A stretch of 64,000 bases of DNA from an uncultured Phycisphaerales bacterium (GTDB taxonomy: Bacteria; Planctomycetota; Phycisphaerae; Tepidisphaerales; Tepidisphaeraceae): contig CAVWLP010000002.1 of NCBI GenBank assembly GCA_963755915.1, forward strand, positions 1,568,001 to 1,632,000, read 5' to 3'. The notes beneath the pieces are model-generated. The model was not told the DNA's origin. It saw only the letters and a program-made list of their open reading frames with translations, and ran no database searches. The position numbers and the translations under genes are program-made. Each line of letters begins with the position of its first letter. Positions within the stretch are counted from its first letter, which is position 1. Of the stretch, positions 32,004 through 42,631 are shown piece after piece.

Positions 32004-33098
32004 GTGAACATTACCTCGGCCAAAGGCTCAAAACTTGGGCACCTCGCCAGGCAGATTGAAGGCGATATTCGAGCCCGCGGTCTCCGGCCGGGCGATCGAT
32101 ACCATAGCTGCGCAAATGTCGGCATGCTTCTGGGCGTCAGCGCGGCCACGGCCCACCGGGCGATGAATGTCCTCGTCCAGGAACAGGTTCTCACCCGCGA
32201 GCATGGCAGAGGAACCTTCGTTGGACACGGAGTCGAACCAGCCCCATCCGTTGCCGTTCGCACCGTCTATATTCTGATCGAAGAACAACAGCGCGATCTG
32301 ACCAGCGTTCCGCTTGATGTCCTTGTCTCTTCCGTCCGTGCGGAGCTTCCGCAAACCAATGTCCAGTTCAGCTTTATCTCAGGCCGATCGAGCCTGGAAT
32401 TTCTGAGACAATTGGTCGAGGTTGCCCAGCTTGCGGGGCAGTTCGCCGGCGCTATTCCGATCAGTTGCTCGCGAGAGGTCTACAAGTATTTGTCGGAGAC
32501 CGGGGAACCGGTCGTGGTGCTCGGCTCCCTTTATCCCGATCAGTGGCAACTGCCGTCCGTCGATCTCGACTACCAGCAGTCGGGATACCTGATGAGTAAT
32601 TTCCTGGCCTCGCGCGGGCATCGCAAGCTCGCGCTGCTGACCACCGGTGGCGGCCGGCCGGGCGACAACGCATTTTACGACGGCGTCGTTGAGGCAATCA
32701 CCGCAGCCCATCTGCCTCCCAATTCCCTGTTGCTGCGCATTTTCCCCCAGGATTTTGACGGATTTCACAGCCAGATCCGCGAAATGCTCCAGCGCGACGA
32801 CAGGCCGACAGGCATCATGTGTGCCAGCGATCGCCTGGTAAGCGCCGTGGCGTTTGCCGCCCGCGAAATGGGATTGAAGATTCCGGGCGATCTCGAACTG
32901 GTGTTTGAAAGCCAATCAGCTCCAAGCGAGGCCCTGGGCAAATATCCGTACGTCAAACCCAGACTCTCTTTTTATGAGATTGCCAGGACCGTCGCCCGGA
33001 TGCTGAACCAGGTCTCTAACCGGATTCCGCTCGAGAACAAACGGGTGGTGATTCCGGTGGAGTTGCATTCCGAGACTAAAACAGCCGGCGTTTTTTGA
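32004..33098 (+). CDS. GntR wHTH + LacI-type sensor regulator (B)
   Basis: GLRPGDR...GVSAATAHRAM...HGRGTFV; GHRKLALL, RPTGI, GLKIPGDL. Confidence 0.88.
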   Translation: MNITSAKGSKLGHLARQIEGDIRARGLRPGDRYHSCANVGMLLGVSAATAHRAMNVLVQEQVLTREHGRGTFVGHGVEPAPSVAVRTVYILIEEQQRDLTSVPLDVLVSSVRAELPQTNVQFSFISGRSSLEFLRQLVEVAQLAGQFAGAIPISCSREVYKYLSETGEPVVVLGSLYPDQWQLPSVDLDYQQSGYLMSNFLASRGHRKLALLTTGGGRPGDNAFYDGVVEAITAAHLPPNSLLLRIFPQDFDGFHSQIREMLQRDDRPTGIMCASDRLVSAVAFAAREMGLKIPGDLELVFESQSAPSEALGKYPYVKPRLSFYEIARTVARMLNQVSNRIPLENKRVVIPVELHSETKTAGVF

Positions 33099-33278
33099 AC
33101 CGAAACGACCGCTGTAATGGGTGGCACATTTCCGCCCCGACTGCTGAAAGCCGCGTCTTGCATGTTTGTTGTTTCTTGAGTTGTCGTCAGTATCGCTCCT
33201 GCGACCGTAGCGCGTTTTCGTTGAAAGGGCGCTGAGCCGAAACCGAGCCGTAGGGCTCGCTAAATGCAGAGGTGAGCT

Positions 33279-34151
33279 ATGCTGTGCACTTCGTCCACTT
33301 CTTTCAAAAAAATGCGGGATCGCAGGACCTCGAATTACCGGGGATTTACGCTGGTGGAATTGCTGGTGGTTATTGGGATTATTGCACTATTAATTTCCAT
33401 GCTGCTGCCGGCGCTGAACAAGGCAAGAGACGCCGCGGTAACCACCCAATGCATGAGCAACATGCGCCAGGATGGCCTGGCGATGGCGATGTATGCCTCA
33501 GACAATCCTTGCTGCTTCCCTCCCTATCGTACCGCCCTCAAATTCGGCGCTGTGAGTTACCCCTATTTCTTTGAATACCTGCCGGGATTGTACCAGGCTC
33601 CGAACTCACAGACGTTTCGATGCCCCGCAGACCAGATGCTTGAGGATGATCCTTCGTATCCCACCGGCTCGATGCGCGGCACGTATGACGAGTTAAATCT
33701 CAGCCCGACCGGTCAGCCGATTTCAGATTTGTACTTTAGCTATTGCCTCAATGCAGACGGCCCGCAACTGGGGTATCCCCTATATCCCATAAGTTTATTT
33801 CCACTAACTTCGCCGGCCAGAATCGATGACTTGGGTCTACCCAATCGGTACAATCCGATTATGACAACGTACGTGACTGATTCCACCCATTTTGCGGTAA
33901 TGCTCGAAACTCAGGACGCCGCGCAGCAAGGTTACGATACCAATTGGACGTCCTACCGGTTCGATCACCGCAAAGGGACGTCGCAAAACGTCTTATTTCT
34001 AGACGGCCATGTGGAGACCCTGGTCTTGAAACAATTCCTGCCACCCTCGGCCAATCTTGCTGACCTTGAGCAATACCGTCCCCCTGGATTCCACAGTTTC
34101 TGGTTCGGGCGGGCTGACGCGCTCGACATTTATTTCATTGACGAGCCGTAG
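33279..34151 (+). CDS. Prepilin-type N-terminal cleavage/methylation protein (DUF1559-like), paralog 2
   Basis: [49 protein letters not shown]. Confidence 0.9.
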   Translation: MLCTSSTSFKKMRDRRTSNYRGFTLVELLVVIGIIALLISMLLPALNKARDAAVTTQCMSNMRQDGLAMAMYASDNPCCFPPYRTALKFGAVSYPYFFEYLPGLYQAPNSQTFRCPADQMLEDDPSYPTGSMRGTYDELNLSPTGQPISDLYFSYCLNADGPQLGYPLYPISLFPLTSPARIDDLGLPNRYNPIMTTYVTDSTHFAVMLETQDAAQQGYDTNWTSYRFDHRKGTSQNVLFLDGHVETLVLKQFLPPSANLADLEQYRPPGFHSFWFGRADALDIYFIDEP

Positions 34152-34210
34152 ACATCGCCCTGACATCCCATTTGCCCTCGGTATCGCTTTTTCATGTTGG
34201 TTTGCGAGAA

Positions 34211-35410
34211 ATGCTTCGGATTCCCTCCGGCCGCCGTACGCGAAGGAACCGCGTCGTGAGACGCAAGCAGTATTGCCTGATATTTGCATTAGTATCGATC
34301 ATCTTTAGAAGCGCAACTGCGCAATCGAATACCACCACCTCATCTGCTCCCGTCCTGTTGTCGCGCTCGGTCATCTTTAATTATCCTGAAACCGATCCAT
34401 ACGACCCGACTAATCGTTACGGCTACAACCATGCGCCCAGCATCGTGACTTTGGCAAACGGCGATCTACTCTGCGCCTGGTTTTCTGGGCCCTACGAGGC
34501 GGCAGTAAATCAGGTGATCCTCGCTTCCCGCTCGCGCGATCACGGCCTGACGTGGGAAAAAGCATACGTGCTGAACAGAACTGTACATCAGTCTGATTTC
34601 GATCCCGCCTTCATCGCCGACGCCGATCGCACCTGGATTTTTTTCACCAACGGACGTTGGGACAAGTACCCGCTTCTCAAGCACGAACTTGAGGGCGCCG
34701 TCGGAATCGCATCGTATCACACCAATTGCATGTTGACGTTCGACAGTGGACTGACATGGACCGATCCCTTTCAGTTTCCCGACACTTTTTTCTGCCGAAG
34801 CAACGGCATCAGACTCAGCTCCGGCGAACTGCTGCTCCCGGTATACAAGGTGAGGCCCACGGGCAAAGACGGCGAAGCTTACGCCTTTCGCTCCATTGAC
34901 GGCGGCAAGCATTGGGCCATGGGAAACGGCATTTGGTCGTCAGCTGGCGCCGACGAACCCAGCATCGCGGAAGTTTCCGGTGGAAGGGTCATCATGATCC
35001 TTCGCACGGTGGACGGGCTCCTGTGGCGGTGTTATTCCTCCGACAAAGGACAAACATGGTCGCAGCCGATCAAATCGGACATACCCGCCGCCTGGTCATC
35101 GCATAACATTTTTCGGCTTCGCGACGGACGCCTTGCACTCACCCACAGCCCGTGCCCGGCGAAATTCAGGACGCCGTTGACCATTCGGATTTCCGATGAC
35201 GACGGCCAGACCTGGGGGCACCCGTTGCTACTTGCCCAGGTGTCGCCGCCGCCACTGGCCCGCGAGCACCAGGTGACGTATCCATCCGTAACGCAACTGT
35301 CAGACGACACGCTGGTCGTTGTGTGGGCTGAAATCGTACTCAACGACAACCAGCAATATGGAAATATCTGGTCCGCCCGTGTAAGCGTTCCGCCGATCGG
35401 CCGTTCTTAA
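34211..35410 (+). CDS. Secreted sialidase-family (BNR/Asp-box) protein
   Basis: Five Asp-boxes (SRDHGLTW, TFDSGLTW, SIDGGKHW, SSDKGQTW, SDDDGQTW); ADEP, LRT, TYPS; start uncertain. Confidence 0.85.
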   Translation: MLRIPSGRRTRRNRVVRRKQYCLIFALVSIIFRSATAQSNTTTSSAPVLLSRSVIFNYPETDPYDPTNRYGYNHAPSIVTLANGDLLCAWFSGPYEAAVNQVILASRSRDHGLTWEKAYVLNRTVHQSDFDPAFIADADRTWIFFTNGRWDKYPLLKHELEGAVGIASYHTNCMLTFDSGLTWTDPFQFPDTFFCRSNGIRLSSGELLLPVYKVRPTGKDGEAYAFRSIDGGKHWAMGNGIWSSAGADEPSIAEVSGGRVIMILRTVDGLLWRCYSSDKGQTWSQPIKSDIPAAWSSHNIFRLRDGRLALTHSPCPAKFRTPLTIRISDDDGQTWGHPLLLAQVSPPPLAREHQVTYPSVTQLSDDTLVVVWAEIVLNDNQQYGNIWSARVSVPPIGRS

Positions 35411-35418
35411 GTCTGGAT

Positions 35419-36174
35419 TCACTGAATCACTTTCAAAACACCGTCAGCGATGATCCGGTGCCCTGCGGCATTGGGATGCATGCCGTCCATAAGTAGATCG
35501 GCGAGCTGATGCCCGGGCGCCGCAGCATAAGCGCGAAACATCTTATCAACGTCCACCAGCGACACCCCCTCCCCCGCCGCCACTCGCCGAACCGCCTCCG
35601 CATATCGCTTCAGGTAAACATTCCACCCATCCGGATCGTCCGGCCGATAAGGAGCACGACCATAGAGCTTGAGAATCTCCGGCGTCCACGCGACAGGATT
35701 TGGCGTCAGCAAAGTCGGCCTCCCCCCGGCCGCGCGAACCCGCTCCACAATCGTCCGCAAGTTCGATTCATATTCTGCCAGCGGAACCCGCGGCTCCGTC
35801 GCGCCCTTCCATACATCCACCGCGGAATCGTTAATCCCAAAAAAGATCGTGACGATGTCCGGATGCCGAGAGATCACATCGCGATCGAGCCGCGCCAGCG
35901 CGCTTCGTGTCGTGTTTCCCGGCACGCCGGCGTTGATAATTGCCACCGAAGGCATCCGATCGTGAAGGATGGTCGCAAATACACGAATATTTCCCCGAGG
36001 CGCACTCGTTGAATCGCCAAAAATCACAATGACGCGCGGCAAAGGCGGTGGCCCCGGATGAGAAGCACTGCTGCACGAGGGTGCAAACATCAGAAAGCCC
36101 AGTGGCAGCGACCAGATTACCCCCGGGATTCGAAAAACCGCTTGAACGCGAGACAAAGCTTCGATGCGCTTCAA
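35419..36174 (-). CDS. SGNH/GDSL hydrolase (probable O-acetylesterase)
   Basis: FGDS, NAGVPG, FGIND, DGMHPN. Confidence 0.92.
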   Translation of the reverse strand: MKRIEALSRVQAVFRIPGVIWSLPLGFLMFAPSCSSASHPGPPPLPRVIVIFGDSTSAPRGNIRVFATILHDRMPSVAIINAGVPGNTTRSALARLDRDVISRHPDIVTIFFGINDSAVDVWKGATEPRVPLAEYESNLRTIVERVRAAGGRPTLLTPNPVAWTPEILKLYGRAPYRPDDPDGWNVYLKRYAEAVRRVAAGEGVSLVDVDKMFRAYAAAPGHQLADLLMDGMHPNAAGHRIIADGVLKVIQ

Positions 36175-36183
36175 AATGAACCT

Positions 36184-37209
36184 TCAATCGCCATGCACTT
36201 TCGGCTGAATCGCGATGTCCACCGCCGTGCGTCGGCCGCTTTCGGAGCTGCTTTCGGCCGCCGCCAGCGTGGCCGTCGCCCATGCCGAGGCCTGATAAGC
36301 TTGCGGCCACTGGGCGCCGCGTTGAATTGCATCAATAAATAAACTGATCTCCCGACGATAGCTTTCTTCCAGAACGTCTTTCATCGCACCCAGGTTTCTC
36401 ACATCGCGCGCACCCTTGCGATATTCCCGGCGAATTTCCCCGGAAAACAAATCGAAAAACACCTGCCCCGCATCCCCGAAGCACCACCCTTGCCGCAGCG
36501 AGCCGGGACATCCCATGAGCACCATGAGCTGTCCGGCCCCGCCATTTTCGAGACGCATTTCCAGCGACCACGTGTCCTCGACCACCCCCGGCAGGCTCCC
36601 GCCGCAGGTCACAACTCCCATGACGTCACGCGGCATGCCAAATACAAAATCGAGCCACAGCAATTCGAACGGAACCATCTCGCGCCCCGCCGCCGTGTTG
36701 CGGTGCCGCGCATAAAACTCCGGACCTTCGCTCGGGTGCCAGTCCGGCATAAAGGTGTTCAACACCATCTGATATCCCTGCATACGGCCAAGTTCTTCCC
36801 GCACGATGCGCGACAACTCCTGAACAGCTGGAAGAAAATAGAGCGACGATGAAGGCGCACTGATCAGCGATTTAGCTTCGGAAACCTGCCGAACGAGCTG
36901 CGGATCGATCGTCCAGATATTCGCTTCGCAAAAATGGTGAAGTCCCGTTTCCAGGGCCAGATGGACGTACTGGTCATGCGACTGGGGCGGCGTGGATATC
37001 GACAAGGCCTGTGGCGCCCACCGCAGCGCTTCGTTCAAATCGCCGAACGTCGTGAGCCTGGAATTGAGCGAAGCCGCCTGCTGCCGGCGATCCTGCCGAG
37101 TTTCGAAAAGTGCCAACTCGACATCATCGCGATCCTTCAGGTTGCGCAGCCGGCGCTTGCCCATCGATCCGGCTCCTATCTGCAGCACCCGTATTTTTTC
37201 GCCCGTCAT
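36184..37209 (-). CDS. Gfo/Idh/MocA family oxidoreductase
   Basis: IGAGSMG, ISTPPQSH, HFCE. Confidence 0.85.
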   Translation of the reverse strand: MTGEKIRVLQIGAGSMGKRRLRNLKDRDDVELALFETRQDRRQQAASLNSRLTTFGDLNEALRWAPQALSISTPPQSHDQYVHLALETGLHHFCEANIWTIDPQLVRQVSEAKSLISAPSSSLYFLPAVQELSRIVREELGRMQGYQMVLNTFMPDWHPSEGPEFYARHRNTAAGREMVPFELLWLDFVFGMPRDVMGVVTCGGSLPGVVEDTWSLEMRLENGGAGQLMVLMGCPGSLRQGWCFGDAGQVFFDLFSGEIRREYRKGARDVRNLGAMKDVLEESYRREISLFIDAIQRGAQWPQAYQASAWATATLAAAESSSESGRRTAVDIAIQPKVHGD

Positions 37210-37226
37210 GAAATCTTCCCGTCACA

Positions 37227-38581
37227 TCAGGTCAATCGGCTGAAGCCGCTGTGGGCGACAGGCCCGCGCAGCCGGGTGGTCACATCCCCTTTTGCCGCAG
37301 CGTCGGCGAGAACCGCAAAGGTTTCATCCAGCGCGGCGATATAACTATCGAGAATCGGTCTTTCGTGCGCGACGGTCGGATAGAACACCACGTTGGCCAG
37401 GAAACCGCGATCCAGCATCTCCTGCGTCAGCAGCGTGCGCAGCGCCGGATTTTTCGCCGTAATTGAGCGAGAACGTGCACAGCGCGGACCAGCCCGATAC
37501 CGTCAAATCCAATCCATGCCGGCTTGCCAGGGATTTCCACGCCGCCTGAACAGTTGCCCCCGCTTCCTGCACCAGCCCGCTGGCGTTGATCCGCTGCATT
37601 TTCGAGAGCGTCGCCAGCGCCGCCGCCGGCCCGATTGCTTCGGTCCAGAAGCTGCTGCTGATGAACGAATCCTGAGCGGCCTGCATGACCTCGGCGGTGC
37701 CCAGAACTGCTGCCATTGGCAATCCATTGCTGAACGACTTGGCGAATACAGCAATATCAGGATTAACCCTCAATCGCAGGTGAACGCCGCCCAGGCAATG
37801 CCGCCACCCCGCTGTGATCTCGTCGAAAATGAGCACCGCCCCGGTCCGGTCGGCGACTTCGCGAACGCGCTGGAGAAAATTGTCGCTCGGCTCAGAAAAT
37901 CGCATCGGCTCCATGACAATGGCCGCCAACGACGATCCCGCACGCGAAGCAATCGCTTCAAGCTCCTCAATATGGTTGTAGCGGAAGGTCAGCGCGGTGC
38001 CGGTCAATTCGCGCGGAACTCCGCTCGGTTGAAGACCCGGCAGCAGATGCCCGTCGAGGGCACGATCCGTCGAAAGATTCGCGGCGATATACCAGTCGGC
38101 CCACCCGTGATACCCGCAGCACGCGATAACCGAACGCTCCGTAAACGCGCGGGCGATGCGCACCGCGACGGCCATGGCCTCGCCGCCAGTCCGCGTAAAC
38201 CGAGCCATCGCCGCCCAGGGATGCAAATCGCACAGCCGCTGCGCGAGCTCCACCTCATCCGGCGGGTTCAGCGTGGTCATGTTCCCGCAATCGATTGCGC
38301 GCTTTCGCAGCAGCATTCACATCGTCGTCCGCATAACCCAGCAGGCACGCGCCGATGCCCGTCGTTGTCATGTCGATGAAGCGGCGGCCCTCCAGGTCCC
38401 AGATCTCACACCCTTTGGCACGCGTGTAGTAAACCGGCCATCCGTCCGGAAGAAACAGTTCCGGCCGCTTGCTCAGCAATTGCGTACCGCCGGGAATCAG
38501 CTCTTTGGCCTGCTCATAGCGCTTCCATCCCTTGTTGCGCTGCTCCTCGGCAGCCTCAGGCGTTATTGAATGAGTTGGCAT
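37227..38581 (-). CDS. Class III aminotransferase (GSA-aminomutase-like), frameshifts near 38300 and 37445
   Basis: IPGGTQLLSKRPELF, GCEIWDLEG, TGGEA, GYHGW, IFDEITAG, FAKSFSNG over ORFs 38255..38602, 37345..38316 and 37227..37418. Confidence 0.88.
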
Positions 38582-38632
38582 AAAACTTTCCTTGATTCGC
38601 AACGAAATAGAGCCGGCGTAAAATATTCACCA

Positions 38633-39778
38633 TCACTTTTGAACGGTCTTAACGGACTCCCTCTCAACAAGCCGGCCGGGAACAAAGACCGGCTCCGTTG
38701 GCACCGAGCGGCGCTCGGCAAAGCTGGTAAGAATGTTTGCGACCTGTTCGCCGATCAATTCTGCTTGCGGGACATAGCTTGTTATAGCGACCGGCGCCGA
38801 AAGATGCTGAACATTCTGGCCGTAACCGACCAACGAGATGTCTTCAGGAATTCTCAGACGCAACTGATTCGCCGCGGCCAGCATCGCCTGGCAGACTCGC
38901 CAGCTTTCGGCAAATATCGCCGTGGGCCTTGACGGCCCGCTCAGCAACTCTGCAAACAATTGCATCAGCGGTTCCCCCGTGTACGCCTGACAGAGCAGTT
39001 GTCGATTGAGTGGCACCGACGCCTCCGCAAACGCATCGCGATACCCGCTGGCAAACAGTGCATACGCCGCCTGATCGATGGTTGATCCACAAACCATTGC
39101 GATTCGCCGATGACCGCGGTCGATCAGATGCTTAACGCATTCCCTGCTCACAGCTCGAATGTCGGGACCCACCCACGGCGCCGCCAGCGGTGAGAACGAG
39201 CACGAAGAGACCACCGGCAATTCTTCCTTCACAAGCGAGCGATACGGTTCAAAGCAGGTTCCGATGGCGCAAATGCCTTCGAGATGTCCGCGTTCCAGTA
39301 ATCGCCGCAAGCGAGCCTCGTCGTCCGGCCGGTTTTCACCGACCCCAAGGATCTGAACAGCAAATTCCTTGTTTGCCAGCGATCTTTCGATCAAACGCAA
39401 AACGGTCGCGAAGGCAAAATCTTCGTTCAACTGGGCGGTTTGTTCGTTCGAGCAAATGACCAGAACCGTTCCGCGAAGCAGATGGCTCCTGGAAATCGAC
39501 CCCGTCACATTCCCCACAAACGTTCCGCGCGCCTGCTTGCGCGATACGTACCCATCCTGCTCCAGCACCGCCAGAGCCTGACGCACTGTGGCCCGGCTAA
39601 GGCGGTGTCGCGCAATCAATTCCGTTTCAGTCCCGATTAAGTCTCCGGGTTTCAGCCCGCGAGTTGTGATGTCCAGCAAAACTTTTTGAGCGAGATGGAG
39701 GTACTTCGGCGTGAAATGAAAATCACCCCGGTGAAGTAGTGATGATTTGCCGTCTCCACTCGACGAACCCATAGACAA
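38633..39778 (-). CDS. GntR wHTH + LacI-type sensor regulator (C), close paralog of 19748..20908
   Basis: PKYLHLAQK...GTETEL...SRATVRQALAVLEQDGY; IPEDISLVGYGQNVQHLS. Confidence 0.9.
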   Translation of the reverse strand: MSMGSSSGDGKSSLLHRGDFHFTPKYLHLAQKVLLDITTRGLKPGDLIGTETELIARHRLSRATVRQALAVLEQDGYVSRKQARGTFVGNVTGSISRSHLLRGTVLVICSNEQTAQLNEDFAFATVLRLIERSLANKEFAVQILGVGENRPDDEARLRRLLERGHLEGICAIGTCFEPYRSLVKEELPVVSSCSFSPLAAPWVGPDIRAVSRECVKHLIDRGHRRIAMVCGSTIDQAAYALFASGYRDAFAEASVPLNRQLLCQAYTGEPLMQLFAELLSGPSRPTAIFAESWRVCQAMLAAANQLRLRIPEDISLVGYGQNVQHLSAPVAITSYVPQAELIGEQVANILTSFAERRSVPTEPVFVPGRLVERESVKTVQK

Positions 39779-40021
39779 ACCCGCCGCTAATACCTGTACT
39801 CTTGCCGCGACCTCGTCAGATTATACCAATTATGTATCGAATTTCGACTTATTTGTCCGTATTTTTGGCCAAATCGGAAATCCATCGAATTATTTCCTCT
39901 ATTCAACCGAAATTCCTCCGAGAGATGCCCGCCAACCGCCAAATCAACACGTACATATCTTTTTACTATATCAGCAACTACGAAACAATCTCCGCGACTC
40001 TGTTGCGGACAGACTTTTTTC

Positions 40022-40062
40022 TTGACTTCGAATCGCGCAAAAGTAGCATCGTACGGACAAAT
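40022..40062 (+). promoter_or_regulatory. Candidate promoter/operator for the FG-GAP-symporter operon
   Basis: TTGACT...TAGCAT; TACGGACAAAT (40052..40062) is the reverse complement of ATTTGTCCGTA (39851..39861). Confidence 0.45.
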
Positions 40063-40090
40063 GGTATCTATTGCGCGGGAGAACCCCTGT

Positions 40091-42525
40091 TTGAGGCGAC
40101 ATAGGTTGACGAAAGGTATGTCAGTTATCGCGGGTCTGCTGTTAGCCCTGGCAGCTCTTGGATTGCCCGTGGCTCGGGCCGCCGAGCCCTCCTGGCCAGC
40201 GGACCGCAAGTACCGGATTTTCGTACGCGTAGATCCAATCGATATGGGAAATCACCCGCGGGAGGCCATGGTTGCCTCTATTCATGTCGATTTCAGCAAA
40301 TACCTCTCCGGCAAGTGCGATCTATCCAGTCTCCTGATTCAGCAGTATGACCCCGACACCGGTCAAATCATCGATACGCACGACAATGCCCTCGCGACTG
40401 TTCCCGGTGAACTTCCCCTTCGCTTTTATGACGATCAGGTTCCCTGGATGTACCCCGATTACCAGGGATATTCTGATCCCAAGACCGGTATGGCACTGCC
40501 GATCCGCATCATTCCCGGCGGTGGCCGATTCTTTAACACAATCGGCGACGGGCGCACCGGAAAAATCGCCTGGGCTCACATACAGACCGGAAACAACCCG
40601 AGCTACTACGAAATATCATTCAGCGAGCTTCCGCCTGGCGCCGGCGATCGCCCGCCACCGGCCGGAATGCTCGGCGATGGTGTAAATCGCTGCCTTCCCA
40701 TGGGCGGTGACACCTCCGTTCCCGTCATCCACGCCCGCGTTGCCGTGGGCGATCTCAGCGGAACCGGAATGTTCGACATGGTCGTCGGCAACGGTACCGG
40801 CACGCTTCTCTGGTACCAGAACCATGGAACCCCAGGACATCCGGTTTTTGACACGGCACGCCTGCTTTGCACCGAAGACGGTACGCCGATCGATGTCGGC
40901 TGGAGTTCGGCGCCCGATCTTGTCGACTGGTACCATCATGGCCTGCTCGACCTCATCGTTGGGGCCGAAAAAGAATCGGTGATCCTTTTTAAGAATGTCG
41001 GGGATAAACATCATCCGGTGTTCCGGTTGATCGGACCGCTGCAGGCCGACGGCAAGCCGCTTCGCGTGCCTCACAATTATTGTGACACGGATCCACAGAA
41101 CAAAATTTATCCGGTCGACTACGAGCCCGTGCCCCAGGCCGTTGACTGGACCGGCAACGGCAAACTCGATCTTCTGGTCGGCGGCTATATCACCGGCAGA
41201 GTCTTCTATTACGAGAACACAGCCGATTCACCGGATGATCCTCCGAAGCTGTCCTATCGCGGCCCCCTCCAGGCAGATGGCAAAGACGTCGATGTAACCT
41301 GGTGCCGCCCCCTGCGCCGCCGATTTCCGTCACTGCGGAAAGCTCGATCTCATCAGCGGCGCAATGCAGGTCACGGCCGGCGGCGCGGACTGGGCCGATC
41401 CAGCCAGGGCCATGTGGTACTACGAAAACGTCGGCACCCGCCAGAACCCCGTGCTGCACCACGTTCCTTTCCCCTCCTCCGGGCAATTTCCCTTTGGAGC
41501 TTTGGCTACCCCGCGCGGTCGACATCACCGGCAATGGCATGCTCGACCTGGTTACCAGCGTCGATCAGGAAATTTACCTTATTCGCAATATCGGCACACC
41601 AACCAATCCCTTATTCGATGCCAGCTCCAAGCCGATCAAGATGCCCTGGGGTGCAGCAAACCTGATGTTCGACCCCCAGTTCATCGATTTCAGGCACAGC
41701 GGATGGCCCGATATCTTCTACAGGGATGAAATACAGCTCAACAGCCAGCGCGGCACTCCGGGTTTCTTTGATCAGATCGTCCCGCTGCCTGGTGCCGAGT
41801 CAATTCACCATCCCGCGCCTCGCGGCGATCCATGGGACACGCGCGTATTGGCTGACGTCGACGGCGACGGCAAGCCCGACATCCTCGTCACCGACAACGA
41901 CGGGTGCATTTGGTTTCACAAGAACATCGGAACCGCCGATCAACCCCGATTCGATTCCGAAGGCGTGCGATTGAAGCTCACCGACGGCAACTTCGTACAG
42001 GTCGGCATTCCAGCCAAAGGCGCCGCTGCATTCGATGTGCTGCAAGGCGCGCGCCCCTGGGCGGCAGTGATCGACATGAACCACACCGGCTTCGGCGATC
42101 TGGCAATTTCCGACGAGTATGGGCAAGTTCATTTGTTCCTTCACGATCCCAGTGACAAACCCGGCGAAACCCCGAGATTTCTACCCGGAATCGCCCTCCC
42201 CAGCATGGAGCCGGTTCGTTTGGTCGTGCGAAAAATCGATTGGAATCACGACGGCTGGGACGACCTGATCTTCGCCTACGCCGACGATCACTATTACATT
42301 CTCTTGAACGAGCCCGGCCCCAATGGCACGCGCCAATTTTCTGCCCCGCAGAAAATAGACGTCCCCGGCTGCTATGGCGATCCATTCATTTCCGTCGTCG
42401 ATTGGAACCGTGACGGTGACGCCGATCTGATGATAAACCAATACGGCTACATACGTTTCGTCGAACAATCGTTTATCCAGCACGGTTACATCAACGGGGA
42501 GCCGCTGACCGCAGAATCCCGTTAA
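40091..42525 (+). CDS. Secreted FG-GAP/VCBS repeat protein 1, frameshifts near 41305 and 41510
   Basis: Signal peptide; DWTGNGKLDLLVG, DVDGDGKPDIL, DWNRDGDADL repeats over ORFs 40022..41665, 41364..41729 and 41302..42525. Confidence 0.85.
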
Positions 42526-42631
42526 CGCGTCGCGCGGCGCAAGATGTTTTCATCGTCCCGGCAGGTCGTTCCAGCCAAACGCCGGCGCTGCGATATACTG
42601 ATCGCCAGCGCTTTCGACTTTCTCGAACCAC

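Noticed and set aside
33170-33275. Structured RNA upstream of pilin 2 (gagccgtagggctc hairpin)
   Set aside because: Short hairpin only; no match to an RNA family I recognise
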